A stretch of DNA of 63,859 nucleotides, counting the filler, from Octopus bimaculoides (lineage: Eukaryota), in assembly GCF_001194135.2 (NCBI RefSeq). It is 4 parts of 4 records of this genome, joined end to end, with 100 filler letters (N's around TTAATTAATTAA, not from the genome) between each part and the next. Parts side by side here need not be neighbours in the genome. Positions count along the whole stretch, not along the records: positions 62,744 to 63,859 come from NW_026318155.1; 3 more parts are not named here. The stretch is one strand, 5' to 3'. Shown one piece after another: positions 63,523 to 63,859 of the stretch; position 1 is the stretch's first letter; the number at the start of each line of letters is the position of its first letter. The notes beneath the pieces are model-generated. The model searched no databases and had not been told where the DNA came from. It saw nothing but the letters and a program-made list of their open reading frames with translations. A program made the translations under genes and the position numbers.

Positions 63523-63651
63523 TTGGTATAGTTTTCAAATAAAATGGTTTGCCCTGTGTGGTTTCTTGTTTAAACTTGTTGGTAGCCATGCAGACATAGG
63601 CAGCATCTTTGTAGGAGTCTTCTTCTAATATATTTGCAAAGATGAGGTTGG
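63523..63651 (-). CDS. Ig-domain exon, neuroglian/L1CAM-like Ig2 C-terminal half (NLIFANILEEDSYKDAAYVCMATNKFKQETTQGKPFYLKTIP)
   Basis: Acceptor ctctttctctttttcag, donor A|gtaagt, 129 nt, phase 1 to 1. NL.F.N....DS....Y.C.A pattern as in L1-family Ig2 (GNLYFSNV...DS...Y.C). Confidence 0.7.
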
Positions 63652-63859
63652 CTGAAAAAGAAAGAGAACGAGAGAGAGGTGTAGAGAGAGGAATTTTGTG
63701 TATATTTCTGAGTGATGAGATGTGTGGTAAGAAGCTTGTTCCCCAACCACATGATTCCTGGTTCAGTCCCACTGTATGGCAACTTGGGTAAGTGTCTTCT
63801 ACTATAGATTCAGCCCAACCAAAGCCTTGTGAGTGGATTTGGTAGATGGAAACTGAAAG

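Overview
AT-rich, microsatellite- and transposon-dense animal genomic DNA with many assembly gaps. The SINE/LINE repertoire resembles what I know from Octopus genomes (inference, not a database result). Host genes appear only as scattered exons. Three + strand exons (28315-28400, 33148-33225, 35491-35590) splice in frame into the C-terminal half of a calpain-type cysteine protease domain (RLRNPWG...EGEFWMS). One - strand exon (63523-63651) resembles the end of Ig domain 2 of neuroglian/L1CAM. There are also orphan - strand exons at 6792-6909 and possibly 25095-25172. The rest is mostly decayed mobile DNA: RTE, CR1-like, CRE and R4/Dong-like LINE pieces, two Penelope-like remnants, a Ty3/Gypsy element, Tc1/mariner elements and MITEs, Helitrons and four tRNA-headed SINE families. 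Two things stand out. (i) A repeat family carries minimal type I hammerhead ribozyme motifs (5 copies, four in inverted pairs at 52.5-54.8 kb). (ii) A four-level nest whose junctions can be reconstructed: Gypsy RNase H, then a Helitron-bounded 5 kb segment, then a Tc1/mariner element, then a small LTR element with a tRNA-Trp primer site. No CRISPR array, rRNA or bona fide tRNA gene was found. I found no clearly new biological system; the ribozyme cluster is the strongest lead.
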